Assembly: GCA_964016885.1 (NCBI GenBank)
Contig: OZ024746.1
Coordinates: 77,066,001 to 77,130,000, forward strand
Reading direction: 5' to 3'
Origin: Eledone cirrhosa
Taxonomy: Eukaryota
Length of the DNA: 64,000 nucleotides
The notes under the pieces were generated by a model. That model worked only from the letters and a program-made list of their open reading frames with translations, had not been told where the DNA came from and made no database searches. Every line of letters begins with the position of its first letter. Position 1 is the first letter of the stretch. The translations under genes and the position numbers were made by a program. Positions 1 to 13,265 of this stretch are shown piece after piece.

Positions 1-130
1 TTGTGTAATATTGCCAGAATTAATAACAGAACACACTGTTATTAATTCTGGCAATATTACACAAATATGACCCTCCCCAAGTATAACAATATTTGTTTCG
101 ACACACGATTTCATATAAAAAACCTCGCAA

Positions 131-169
<39 letters not shown>

Positions 170-179
<10 letters not shown>

Positions 180-390
180 AGATATATAATTTGTTGGAAA
201 TCCAACAATTATACTTTCCAGGGATAACTTGAACCGTTAAGGTATATCATCCTTGGTCATGTCAAATATTTATAAAACATTTTGTATTTTATCTGATGAT
301 AGCGTACCAAAATGTTGGTACTCATGAAATATATATAATAGAATAAATATGGTTTTATAAATATAGTTTCCATTTATTTAATATCAATTG
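170..390 (+). mobile_element. HHR family B element (Penelope-like pLTR/retrozyme-like) in (TA)n; hammerhead 285-345
   Basis: TATTTTAT-CTGATGA-stem II (GTACCA/TGGTAC)-GAAA-TATATA-TA-ATAGAATA; homologous to copies at 12075-12650, 43215-43515 and 52690-53355; (TA)n on both sides. Confidence 0.75.
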
Positions 391-447
<57 letters not shown>

Positions 448-451
<4 letters not shown>

Positions 452-659
452 AACGAGTAGGACCCCGACGGCTGAGCTCAAGCCGTTTCGACGGCTAATT
501 CTGGACTAAAAAAAAAAAAAAAAGTCCAGAATTAGCCGTCGAAACGGCTTGAGCTCAGCCGTCGGGGTCCTACTCGTTCCTATTACCCACTCTACTACCC
601 TAAGTATTGAGTACTTTGGTGCGTTATGGTCCACCTGGTTCCTTACCACATTTCCTCCG

Positions 660-660
<1 letters not shown>
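448..660 (+). mobile_element. HHR family A element with perfect ~60-bp inverted arms around an (A)n spacer
   Basis: Palindrome 448-582; GAAA-CGGC..GCCG-TC (hammerhead stem III plus GUC, no CUGANGA); bulged hairpin 589-614; other copies at 8687, 21062, 23163, 29430 and 58246. Confidence 0.7.
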
Positions 661-707
<47 letters not shown>

Positions 708-711
<4 letters not shown>

Positions 712-1930
712 TCATTTATTATGGCTATTGGTGAGCTTTGTTACTATTTGTTACTCTGCGCATTCACGTCTTGTCTGGTGAGTACGGAGGTGAGACTCCA
801 GAGTAACAAGGCTTAACCATAATAAATAAATATTTAAACTCTATTTCGGTATTGAGTTTTCATTCTTACGTCCATCAATAATTCACGTACTCTAAGGTCT
901 TGAATAATCGTCCCCATCCCCTTATTAATTTGTCAGATCCACCTCAACCCCGGTTATTATTCCACCCCACTCCCACCCGCTTATTAAATTTTGCTATTCT
1001 ATCTCCGGAGAAATTTTATTGTAAGTGATTCATATTGATACAGCAGCTAGAGAATCTAATAATAATTTTATTTCACATTAAAAGAAACATTATATATGAC
1101 AAAAGACGGTGAATTGGCAGTATCCGTAGAGAGTCGGACACCATGCTTTGAAGCATAGAGTTACGTCCCTTTATGATCTGAGTTCAAATCCCGCCGAGGT
1201 TAACTTTGCCTTTCATCCTTACGGGGTCGATAAAATAAAGTACCAGTAATACACTGGATAATTGCTGGCCTTGTGCCAAAAGTAGAAACAATTATATATG
1301 ACAAAAGAAGAACATTACAAGAAATCCCATATTTACGAACGTACACTATACAATTACTGATTTCCCAAGCCCCCGCCCCCCATTATTGCCACCCCTCCTA
1401 TTATTTGGGACCCGAGAGTGCCACCAAACTCTCCTCCTCACTATTTCTATCACACAAAACTCTCTTTTAATGCCCCTCTGTATCTACTAAAACTAAACTC
1501 TAACCCTCTCTATATCTACAATGACACCGCCTCTCTTATCCAACTCCCTATATCTAAGACTAATAGATTCTTTCACTCTCTATAAATATCTACACTTATG
1601 TCCCCCAATCACCCTCTGTATATCAAACACACCTTAACTCTCACCCTCTCTATATCGACTACACGGCACTCTCCCATTATCCTTCTCTGTATATCTACAA
1701 CCACCAAATTCTCCCCCTCTCTATATCAATTAACACCAAACTCTCACTCTATCACTACCAAACTCTCCCCCTCTCTATATCTATTAATCCTCTCCCTCTA
1801 TTCATCACCACCAAACTCTCACCCTCTCTACATCAACCATACAACATACTCTCCCAATCCCACTCTCTACATTAATTAACACCAAACTCTCCCTCTCCCT
1901 ATATCTACTAGACGGCACTCTCTTCCATTC
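708..1930 (+). repeat. Composite interspersed repeat (HHR family G head plus C/T-rich subrepeated body); inverted paralog at ~19590-20510
   Basis: 708-965 matches the reverse complement of ~20215-20510; the ACCAAACTCTCCCCCTCTCTATAT subrepeats at 1355-1930 match 19590-20215; decayed HHR at 767-811. Confidence 0.7.
1107..1292 (+). mobile_element. tRNA-derived SINE (dominant family) with target-site duplication
   Basis: A-box-like TGGCAGTATCCGT, B-box GAGTTCAAATCC, body GCCTTTCATCCTTACGGGGTCGATAAAATAAAGTACCAG; TSD TTATATATGACAAAAGA on both sides. Confidence 0.9.
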
Positions 1931-2121
1931 GATAGACGTGCATTACTTCACTCCGGATTTTTACGGATTATTGTTCAAAAATCTGTGAGTTCATTGTTCA
2001 ATTTATTAGTATTGTTTAGTTTAACCCCTTGTCTGGGCCTTCAGACGTTGAATCAACTAATTTTCGCCCCTTTTTGGGGCGAAATTTTCATCTCAAAACT
2101 GTGTAGACTTGGTAGTCAATA

Positions 2122-3893
2122 ATGGATGCCATTTCAACCTCGCACGCTGTAGTGAGTGCCACGTCCACTAAGAAAAGTGGTGGAGGGAAGGTAGGAATAC
2201 AAAGTTTGCAGCCTTCCTCCCTCACCTTATCGAAAAACGTTGAAAATATGGATACCACGGAACCAAACCCGGTAAATAATACCAGCACAAACAACAAGAA
2301 CAATGACAATAACACCACAACCAACAACTGCAACAATAACAACACCAAGGAAAATATGAACAACATCAACAACAGTGACAACAACAACAGCAACAAAAAA
2401 GACAACAACACCAAAACAACTGTAAAAAAAACAGAACTATACACGCCAATTGACATAACTAATGCAAAACAATGCAACACAACTACTACAAGACGCAAAA
2501 CAATATGTGACTTTTGGACAAAACGGTGCTTTTAGCATCAATTCTCTATAGGTATTACGTAGAGAGGCTGTCCTGAAAACTGGTTTTCAGGACAATATCT
2601 AACGAAACCAGAAAACCAGCTCAATTATCACAAAATGAAATTGAGCTGGTTCTAAAAGATGCAATGACATAACCTTCATCCAAAAAGGAAAACTGTTTGG
2701 TAGCATTTCGGTTCTAATGAATAACCAGCCAACAGCACAAAAATACTCTGTATCACCCATTGTGTCCCCCCGTTTCCCCTTTTTCCCCACATACAGGGGG
2801 AAAAGGACACAAAAAATAAAAATTATGAGTATCGCACCAAATGTAAATATTTGGTGGATACTATGTGGATTCATTGATTTTGATGAAGACAGGATAATCT
2901 CAGTAGGAAAGTCCTCCGGAGATGTATTTGGTGGGACTAGCGTAGAAGTTCTGGTGCAAATGAGCCCAGAACGAATAGCGAATATCTCACAACGCGTGCC
3001 TCTGAACGGGCTAACTTATATAAACATTTCAGTGGAGGGAAGGCGGCCGTCATGTTACCACTACTTAAGCAGGGGTCACCTGAGGGCTGCCTGTCCTCAA
3101 TTAACGAGTAAAAAAAAGAAGGCTTTTCTGCCAACCCCGAACACAACAACACAACCACCAGCACCACAACAACAACACGGAAAAATAACAACACAAGACA
3201 CTGTCCCACCCAACCCCTCCCCACCTAAAACAAATACAAAAGCAACCACAACAAAACCCCAAAATATACCCCTCCCCAACAACACGGAAGGGGACTCCGT
3301 ATCAACGTCACCCAGTGACGACGAGGGAGAACCCTTCCAACAGGTGAAAAGGAAAAAAAAAAGGCACCACATTAACAAAAATGCAACAAACACAACCACC
3401 AGCACAAACAGAACAAACATCACAAACAAAAAAACACACCCCTCCCCAAAACATAACACATACTACAAAACGCAAACACGCACAACAACAACAAAAACAA
3501 ACACTACATAACAAAAACTATACATACATTAACAAGAACAATAAAACGTTGATGAAAGCAATAGACAATAACCCTTCAGTGGAAACCGAAGGATCACTTT
3601 CACCTACGCAGCGGACAAACCGCACCTAATGATGATTAGGGTCCCAACGGAAAACTATGTAAATCTGAAAAAGAACTATCCAATGGATGTGGGACCCACC
3701 TGCACCAAACCACTCACCGCGTCCTATTGAGATGTTTCCCTACCCCCACACCACACACCCACACCTCACCAAACACCCCAACCCCACCACACACTGATGT
3801 CCTCACCCCACCACAAACCACCACCCAACCAAACAACCCTTCCAACACCCCCATGGAAATTGTGCAACCTGGTCCCCAGGAGACGAAGAGGTA
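2122..3893 (+). pseudogene. Tx1-like ORF1 (disrupted)
   Basis: ORF fragments 2122-2535 and 2717-3511; degenerate zinc knuckle, Pro/Thr-rich linker, FQQVKRKKKR basic motif; directly upstream of ORF2. Confidence 0.7.
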
Positions 3894-3936
3894 AGTAATT
3901 TCCTTTCCTCTTCCTTTTTAACTCTTCAGCACCAAC

Positions 3937-6900
3937 ATGACCAATATAAGAGTTGGATGTGTGAATGCACGCGGCCTGGGGATGTCCTGGAAACAGAGCA
4001 AACTCTTAAATGACCTCAGGTCGCACAGAGTGGATGCAATGGCTATTTGCGAGTCCAGGATCAGCAGCGAGCGCCAACTTGCTCCCATCTTCGACGACTT
4101 TGAGATCTACGCATCTCTCTGTCAGCCGAGAGGTGGGGGTGGGGTTGTCGTTCTGCTACGAAAATACCTGGGTCTTGCCACACAGAAGGTACACCTGGAC
4201 CCGGAGGGTCGACTGGTGGTTCTAGACGTCGGCAGTAGTGAAAGTGGAGCCTTCAGGCTGGTGGCAGGGTATGCCCCATCTGGGACACCACGACCGGACT
4301 TCTTCCGACGCCTGCAGACTTTTCTGGGAACGTCTCGCTCCTTGCTTTTAGTGGGGGACTGGAATGGTATCCTGGATGCACGTTGGGACTATATAGAGCA
4401 TGTCCCGATAGAGGGAGGTGTAACAGCCTCAAACGATTAATCGGCCAATTTGATCTGGCCGATAGATATCGACTAGATTTTCCGACTATGCCACCGTGGA
4501 CGTAGACTAATCGCAGCAGAACATCTAGGTCGTACCTAGATAGGTTCCTAGTTAGAAATAAGGATAGGGACATATTAAGCTGTCCACGAATGTTTATGGT
4601 TGACTATTCGGATCACAAGTTGGTGACCGGAGTGGTCAACCTTGATAGAACCCATAGACAAGAACCCGGTTACTGGAAGCTAAACTTGTCCTTACCGACA
4701 AACAAAGCTTACAGTAAGCGGATTAGCACTCTAGTTAAGCAGCGGTTGACGGGGGCAATTGTCAACAGCAGGTGGTGGAGCTCTCTCAAGAGAGAAATTA
4801 GAATAGAATCGATAGGTTTTAGTCAGGAATTAGCATCAGATAGGAATAGAACTGAAAGGGAATTAATAGATAGAGTAGAAGAGGCGATTAGGAGTGGCAA
4901 CGTGGACGGCGTGCTGGCGTCAAGAACGGCCCTAGACCAGTTCTTTGACACGAAGCACGAGGGCTGCGTTGTCAGGAGTAAAATACGTGCTCTGGGTAAC
5001 GAGGGAGCCAAATCTGTTAGCTGGGCCCGAGTGACAGAGGCAAAAAGTGGAAACAAGTCCACGATTCGGTCTTTGAAGGACCAGGATGGACGCGTGATCC
5101 TTGAACCTGGGCGGATGAGCGCGGCCTTTCAACGGCGCTTTGCACGACTGTTCGGGAGGGGCGGCGGGCCGGGTGAGGCCATGGATTTCGGTCAATACAT
5201 CGACGGTCTGGTGCGGCTCTCGGACGGGGAGGCGAAGTCCTGCGAAAGGCCGATTTCAGCCGCTGAAATAGGGGAAGCGCTGAGCTAATGCGGCAAACGC
5301 AAATCTCCGGGTCTCGATGGTCTACCATACGAACTTTATGTAGCGATGCCGGACTTGTTCTCTGGTCTCCTCGAGGCGGTCTACTGCAACTGGCAACAGA
5401 ACGGGAGAATTCCCAGTTCTGTGACCAAGGGCGTAGTCACGCTGGTGAGGAAGGACGAGAACAAGGGGGATGACATAGATAACTTCAGGCCCATAACTCT
5501 GCTAAACACAGAGTTAAAGATTTTGGCCAAGGTGTTAGCGAAGAGGTTGGCGCTTGTCGTCGGGGACCTGGTGGGAGAAGCGCAGGCATGCGCAATCCCG
5601 TCCAGGTCCATACACGACAACCTCCACCTCATGCGATACACCGTAGAGAGGGTAGGGAAAGAACCCGGCTTTGGTGGGGCCCTGATCAACTTAGATCAAT
5701 CTAAAGCGCTCGATAGGGTTGACCATCGGTACCTGGATGCGGTGCTCGCGGCGGCAGGCTTCGGACCCGTTTTCAGGGGCTGGATTGCTGCAATGCACAG
5801 CAGCAACACCTGCTCGAGGGTCAAGGTGAACGGCTACCTCTCGGAGCCGTTCTAAATTACGCGATCCATCCGACAGAGATGCCCTCTCTCCTCCCTTCTA
5901 TATGTGCTGGCTCTCGAGCCACTACTGCGGAAGCTGGAGCTGTTGCAGGGCATCCCCTTGGAACCGGGATTGCGGAAAGCGGTGTCGGCCTACGCCGATG
6001 ACGTGACAGTAATGGTGTCGTGCGCTTCGGAAATCGGGCAGATCGGCACCTTACTGGAGGAATACGAAAGGTTTACAGGAGCAAAGCTGAACCGGGACAA
6101 GTCCGTCGGTTTGCAACTCGGAACGTGGAGGGGCAAACCGATGCCCTCCGACGGCATCGTTGGACGCTGGACGGAGGGACCATTGAAGCTGCTCGGGGTC
6201 TGATTCGGACCGGACCTCCAGGTGGAGAAAAACTGGGACGAGGTAACGGGCAGAGTGTTTGCACTCGCCCAGAAGTGGGCCGAGTGCAAACTATCCCTGA
6301 AAAGTCGAGCGGAGGTGGCGAACGCTTATATAGCGTTCGTCATCTACTATGTGCCTTGCCCAGAGAAAACACTCGCTAAAATGGAGCGCGCGCTCTTCCG
6401 ATACCTTTGGAAGAAGCGGGCTCCTTTGGTGAGAAGATCCATCTGCTGTCAACACCCTTCGAACGGAGGGCTGGGGATGCATAGACACGCGTTAAGGCTA
6501 CGGCACCTCCAGGTATTCCTCACCGGTCAGCCGGTGTGGGCCCTGTTTATGAGGCGAGCCTTTCCGAGACTCGTCTCACTCACCGAGCTGCAATCCTGGG
6601 TCAAGCAAAGACCGAGAAAAGTGGGCGACTGGCACATTGAATGTGCCCAGGCGCTCACGGCCCTCTGGAAAGCGGATCCGGCAATCAGTGGAGACTCAAC
6701 CTCAACATTCTATAGAGGGTTGGTGCGCAGTAAGTGCGACGACGCTCTCGGAGAGGCTCTGGGCATGGAGGAAGACAAGCTAGCCAGTCTGCTCGGTAGG
6801 ACGTTTAGCCCGGGACCGATGGACAACTTCCAAAGGTCCCTGGCTTGGCAATGCTACCGAGGAGCTCTACCCGTTCGGGACAAGCTCTACAGACACGGGC

Positions 6901-7353
6901 GCCCGGGTAGGGACCCCTCGAAGAAGATCTGTTCGAGATGCGTGCGTGACGAGGAAACCGTCTCACACGCATTCGTACACTGCCCGGGCGTTGCAGACCT
7001 GTGGGGCTATGTGGAACGACTACTGTCGCGGGTGGGACCAATCCGGTTGACCACCGAGTACATTGTCACGATCAAACAGCCTCCCCCTTTCAAAAACGAA
7101 GGAGAGGCTGTTTCCTCTGTGTGATAGCTATGGCGAAAGAGGTTGTATGGTGGACGAGGTTGAAAGGGCTGAGGTCAGACACCTTTCTCTCCGGCCAACA
7201 ACTGGTCCTTTTTTTTCAAGTACCACTTTAGAAGAACGATCAGAATGGAGAGAGAGAGAGAGAGGTGCTCTACCCCAGCAAGTTTTATGAAAGGTGGGTG
7301 AAAGTGGCGAGAATGGCCCGAGTGAATGGGCCTTCTCTCTTTATCAGCCTGTA
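3937..7353 (+). pseudogene. Tx1-like ORF2 (AP endonuclease, reverse transcriptase, CCHC), multiple stops and frameshifts
   Basis: VNARGL, GDWN, SDHK (APE); GYWKLN; FRPITLLN, AYADDV (RT); CSRC..ETVSHAFVHC zinc knuckle. Confidence 0.95.
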
Positions 7354-7811
7354 GGTGAGAGAGAAGAAGGAGGAGAGGAAGGGAACACCCGCTCTTTGTG
7401 CTCCTGAAGAGGAGGGTTGCACATTTTTTCGGGGGTGTGTGTGACCCACGTCAACGCCCCTCCCTATTGAGGACATCGATTGTTAAATTTAATTTGGTAT
7501 ATGTTTCTTACACGTCTTTTTAAATGTATGTAAACTCTCCCCTTTGTATTTGTCCCAATCTTTGATGCCCTGGTGGCAAATAAATAGAAATTCCTCTCTA
7601 TATATCTATATCTATCTCTCCCATCTGTCTCTACAAAACCTGTACATAAATTGTAGCGCATATACAAATAGATGTGTGTTTTGGTAGTTTGGGGAGAAAA
7701 ATATAATTATTGGGGGGGGGGGGGGTCCCCTGGCCCCCACCCCTTAGTTCCACTGCCCCTGATATAGATATTTATATATGTGTGTGTGTGTGTAATATAT
7801 ACATAAATATG

Positions 7812-8630
7812 AGAGTGGGCTGAAAGGTTCATAGGCTATGAAGGAGGGGTGCTAGACCTGAGAAATCTTGCATGCATTAATTTCAATTCTTCTTATTAAT
7901 AACTGAATTGTTTCTTTCCAGGTAAACTGACACCTGACCGTTCAAAGAAAACTTCAAAAGTAATTAGTAGCGACTTCTCTTCAAAATGGACAAAATTTAG
8001 CATCGTGGTGTTGTCAAGTAACTGCAGAAAAGGGGTTTAGCCCCCAATGACATTCATGCTGACATGGTTGTTACATTACGGGATGACGCTCCAGTTTTAT
8101 CAACAGTACCAAACTGGGCAGCTAAGTTTAGGAGGAGACGAGAGAGTCTTGAAAATGACCGAAACTCTGGACGTCCTGCAACTGCCAACACCGAGGGAAA
8201 CATTGATCGTGTTCACCACATGGTGATGGAAGACAGGCGATTGACTATAAATCAAATAGCGAATGCTATTAGCATATCATGTGGGAGAGTTGAGAATATT
8301 CTGCACAAGGAACTTGCAATGACAAAGTTTTCTGCTCGGTTAGTGCCACGTTTTCGGACACATGATCAAAAGCGCACCAGGCTGATCATATCACGGGAAA
8401 ATCTGACATTGTTTGAGGCAGAACCAGCTGGTTTCCTTGAACATTTTCTAACCCAGGATGAGTGTTAGATTCATCACTTTGAGCCAGAGACAATCCAAGC
8501 AGTGGAAACATTCCTCTTCGCCTACTCCAAAGAAGGCCAAGGTCGTTTCTTTTGCATTGTAGGTGATGGACTCTGTATTTTGGGATGCACAAGGCATTGT
8601 GTTTATTGACTATCTTCAAAGGGGCCACAC
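7812..8630 (+). mobile_element. Mariner (irritans/Himar-like) transposon, 3'-truncated, transposase pseudogene
   Basis: SLEND.RSGRP, ARLVPR (WVPR-like), TQDEC*IHHFEP, SVFWDAQGIVFIDYL motifs; in-frame stops. Confidence 0.9.
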
Positions 8631-8632
8631 CT

Positions 8633-8682
<50 letters not shown>

Positions 8683-8686
8683 AAAC

Positions 8687-8840
8687 ATATGAAGGATTCG
8701 GGACCCCAGCGGCTGAGTTCCTACGGAACTAGCTGTTGAATCGCCTGGAGCTCAGCCGTCTGGGTCCCGACTCCTCCATATTACCACACTCTACTACCCC
8801 AAGCATCGAGTATTCTGGTTAGTATTGGTCTAACAGGTTT
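8687..8840 (+). mobile_element. HHR family A copy (diverged, with inverted arm)
   Basis: GGACCCCAGCGGCTGAG ... CTCAGCCGTCTGGGTCC, followed by ACTCTACTACCCCAAGCATCGAGT. Confidence 0.7.
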
Positions 8841-8901
8841 TAACTACATTCATTCTGATTTATATATAAACATATATCATCATTATCACCGTTTAACGCC
8901 C

Positions 8902-8981
<80 letters not shown>

Positions 8982-9004
8982 TATAGGTAGATAGATACAT
9001 AGAT

Positions 9005-9722
9005 ATGTTTCTTTATTAGCCACAGGGGCACAAAAGAAAGGGACAAATACAAAGGGGGAAGTTTACATACAATAAAAACGTGTAAAATGTTATCACAAAT
9101 GCAATTTAAAAAATTAGTCGATTTTCCCCAATAGGGGGAGACAGTTCATATGGGTAACACATACCCCCGAAAAAATGTGCAACCCTCATCTCCAGGAGTA
9201 CGAAGAGTTTGTACTCCTTTCCTACATAGATAGATAGATAGATATATTTCTTTATTAGCCACAGGGGCACAAAAGAAGGGGACAAATACAAAGGGGGAAG
9301 TTTACATACAATAAAAACGTGTAAAATGTTATCACAGATGGAATTTAAAAGTTAGTCGATTTTCCCCAATAGAGGGAGACAGTTTATATGGGTAACACAT
9401 ACCCCCGAAAAAAAATGTGCAACCCTCATCTCCAGGAGTACGAAGAGCTTGTACTCCTTTCCTCTCCTCCTCCCTTTCCTCAACCTACAGGCTGATATAG
9501 AGAGAAGGCCCATTCACTCGGGCCATTCTCGCCACTTTCACCCACCTTTCATAAAACTTGCTGGGGTACAGCACCTCTCTCTCCATCCTGATTCTTCTTC
9601 CAACGTGGTATTTGAAAAAAAGAATCAGTTGTTGGCCGGAGAGAAAGGTGTCTGACCTCAGCCCTTTCAACCTTGTCCACCATACAACCTCTTTCGCCAT
9701 AGCTATCACACAAAGGAAAACA
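9005..9722 (-). mobile_element. Tx1-like LINE 3' fragment with tandemly duplicated 3' UTR, in (GATA)n
   Basis: AMAKEVVWWTRLKG...RVNGPSLYISL matches the ORF2 end at 7130-7353; 9005-9225 repeats 9245-9460. Confidence 0.9.
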
Positions 9723-9741
9723 GATAGATAGATAGATAGAT

Positions 9742-10045
9742 TCTTCCACGCCTGTCGGCGTATCGAGCAGTAAGTAGTCGCCAACGATCACGATCAGCGA
9801 CGGCTTTTTCGCGTCCGTGCCATCAGGTCTTTTTGGAACGTTCGTCGCCAAGTGGTCCTGGGACAATCCCGCTTTCGTCTGCCGCCAGGTAGGTAGAGTC
9901 CAGTCCATCGCTATTTTCGAGTGCCGTTCGTTGGGCAGGAGCAGAATATGGCCAGCCAGGCGGCACCGGCGCTCCGTTATCACCCTCTGCAGCGTCTACG
10001 ACTCTGTTCTCCGCAGGATTTCCTCGTTTCGCACTCGGTCGCGTG
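9742..10045 (-). mobile_element. RTE-clade LINE 3' fragment
   Basis: RNEEILRR, RRCRLAGHILLLP..SKIAMDW typical of the RTE C-terminus. Confidence 0.75.
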
Positions 10046-10799
10046 ACAGGACTTGAGGCCTTGTAAGGTGAAGATGCCTCGTTAGCCAAAGCTACACAGG
10101 AAGCAGGAGGCACCAACTAACTAATACAAATAGGTTCAAAACACGAAATAGCTAGGGCGCAGACCTTTAAGTGGTGCATTACTGAACGTTAAAAGATCAC
10201 TAAATACATAATAATTTCCTGCGTTGTGAAAATATCCAAAGCTGTGGAAAGAGTGGCAGGGAGTTATGACCTGTCACATGATTTAGCGTGGGTTAGTGTG
10301 GACTGTGTAGTGGAGACTGTAGGCTTAGAAGTAAGAAGAGTCAGAAACTAGGTTCGTCATCTTACCAAAGTGTAAGTTGAAGTTATCTTAATTGGGAGAA
10401 TGGTGGCTCACATTGTAGAATGTTAAATACCCTAATGCCAGATATAATTATTTTCGCCAAGAAACCACTAAAAACATGTAATGAATAAAAAAAAATACAT
10501 TCAGTAGGTGCGGAATATGACGAGGTTTGGAAGAAATAATTAACCACATTGCCTTTGGCTTCCAAATGTTAACCAAGAATGAATACATCTATATGTCTAA
10601 TAGGCACGACAAAGTTGAAGTTGTCAAACCCCGAAATCCATACCGGCAGTAGGAGGTAATGCTTTATTTTAAGATCACAAACATTTTCCGGTTATCTTCA
10701 TAAATAACTCTACCAGCAATCCTCGTAATTCTTCATCGTAAATCTTCGTGCGGAATGGTCAAGAAAAATCTGACACTCTCAGACCATTCTTTACGCATT

Positions 10800-10930
10800 A
10801 AAAAAATGGTCGAATGGCTTCGACATTATTAATAGTACAACACATGTTGCGAGACATCCGCATTATTTCTGATTGTTGGCGTATGTATAATCAACAGCCA
10901 AACCACCAGATGTGTTTTGTTGATCTGACA
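10800..10930 (+). mobile_element. Merlin/ISXO2-like transposase relic
   Basis: TLL..QHML....IISDCWRMYN...NH..FVD resembles the Merlin SDxWxxY...NHxxxFVD motif. Confidence 0.55.
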
Positions 10931-11554
10931 AAAAAAAATATTTTCATAAAAAATCATTCTACAGGTAAATCAGGTAACATTCACTTTCTTTTCTTCAATT
11001 TTTTCATTTCATTTATGATTATCGCAGATTGTGGCCGACTGTTATCGTTTTCACTCACGGAAATTACCGGCAGTTGTCTGTGATTTTAAAACGGAGTATC
11101 GCCCATTATGAAATATAACTGAGAAGATAAATATAAACCAGTAAAGATCTCAGAGAATGTCAAAGCAGCCATGCTCTGAAATATGGCAAACCGCACAGAT
11201 AGACCAAGGTTAATTGGTTGGATATCGTCCTAGCAGACGATAATGAAGAAATGGGGGAGGGGGTGATTATTCAAATAGAGGTCGCTATACTGTAGGAACT
11301 GAAAATAGAAATAATCCCTATAATATCAAATAGGGTGTTTGGGATGATTAAAAACATGTAGACTAATACGAAAGGAAACCCACAGGAGGACTTACAAATA
11401 TGTACATAGAATGAACCTCCACCGATTAGTATTTCAGTTGTTCAATCATGAAATTAACGTGTACCTGACAGACTATTATTACCCGTAACATAGTTTTAGG
11501 GTGATTCAGTGTGATATAGTGACTGACGCCCTTTGAATTCATACAGGACATCCG

Positions 11555-11700
11555 AGACAGGCTTCCGAATAGTTTCCGTCTAACCAATTTCACTCACAAG
11601 GCTCGGGTCGACGCGAGGTTATGGTAAATGACACTTGCCTAAGATGCTACGTAGTGGAATCAAACCCATGACCCTTATAATAGCGATCGAACTTCTAAAC
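11555..11700 (-). mobile_element. Old CORE-type tRNA SINE (related copies ~26455-26580, 31125-31240, 48165-48315, 60700-60820)
   Basis: Reverse strand GGTTTGATTCC B-box, CTTAGGCAAGTGTC CORE-like segment, tail TAGACGGAAACT. Confidence 0.6.
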
Positions 11701-12074
11701 AAAAAAACAAAACAAACAAAAAATCACACCACTAGGCACTGCACACACGTATGACGTAAATAGAGTACTTTCAACACAGAGCTACAAAAGCAAAACAAAA
11801 GACTGCACATAACCAAAGCACACGCACAGAGCTGCTCTCAGTAATGTTGTGAAAACACGCAACAACAAAACAAACAAATAAATAAACAATAACAACTTCT
11901 AATTTTGGGACAAGGCCAGCAATTTTGGGGAGAGGGGAAGTCAGTTAAATCCATCTCAGTACTTGATTGGTACATTATTTGACACAATCCTATATTGGAG
12001 TGAAAGTAGAATCCGACGGAAACTGTAGTCGTATTCAACAAGTGATAATCGGCCAAATATATATATATATTATA

Positions 12075-12272
12075 TACGATATTAATAAATGGAAACTATA
12101 TTTATAAAACCATATTTATTTCATTATACATATTTCAGGGATACCATATTAAATTATCGTATGCCTTCATCAGACAAAATACAATATATAACAGTTTTAT
12201 AAATAGCTTTGACGTACCCTTTTAAAATACAACCATTACTTTCAGAGGCTGTCTGGATAGTCATATATATAT

Positions 12273-12303
<31 letters not shown>

Positions 12304-12646
12304 CGATATTAAATAAATGGAAACTATATTTATAAAACCATATTTATTTCATTATATATATTTCAGGGATATCATATTAACAATATGTTATGCCTTCTTC
12401 AGACAAAATACAATATAGACAGTTTTATAGATAAATAGAAACTGTCTATATTGTATTTTGTCTGAAGAAGGCATAACATATTGTTAATATGATATCCCTG
12501 AAATATATATAATGAAATAAATATGGTTTTATAAATATAGTTTCCATTTATTTAATATCGTAAATATACTCCAAATACTTGTTGAGTGCTTTTATATCAG
12601 TTATAAATATTTACTAGTTGTAACCCAACAATTTAAATATAACTTT

Positions 12647-12650
<4 letters not shown>
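12075..12650. mobile_element. Cluster of family B HHR elements: minus copy 12075-12262, palindrome 12301-12560, plus 3' tail to 12650
   Basis: Hammerheads at 12117-12181 (-), 12345-12410 (-) and 12454-12519 (+): TATTTTGT-CTGAWGA-stem II-GAAA-TATRTA-TA-ATGAAATA. Confidence 0.85.

Positions 12651-13265
<615 letters not shown>

Larger units (their letters stand above)
2040..7590 (+). mobile_element. Near full-length, inactivated Tx1/L1-clade non-LTR retrotransposon
   Basis: ORF1 remnant with knuckle-like CYHYLSRGHLRAAC, then APE-RT ORF2, then 3' UTR with AATAAA ending in a (TC/TA) microsatellite; 5' boundary approximate. Confidence 0.9.

Noticed and set aside
1-64. Palindrome at the window start
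   Set aside because: Cut by the window edge; adjoins a repeat also seen at 20530-20605; no ribozyme core visible
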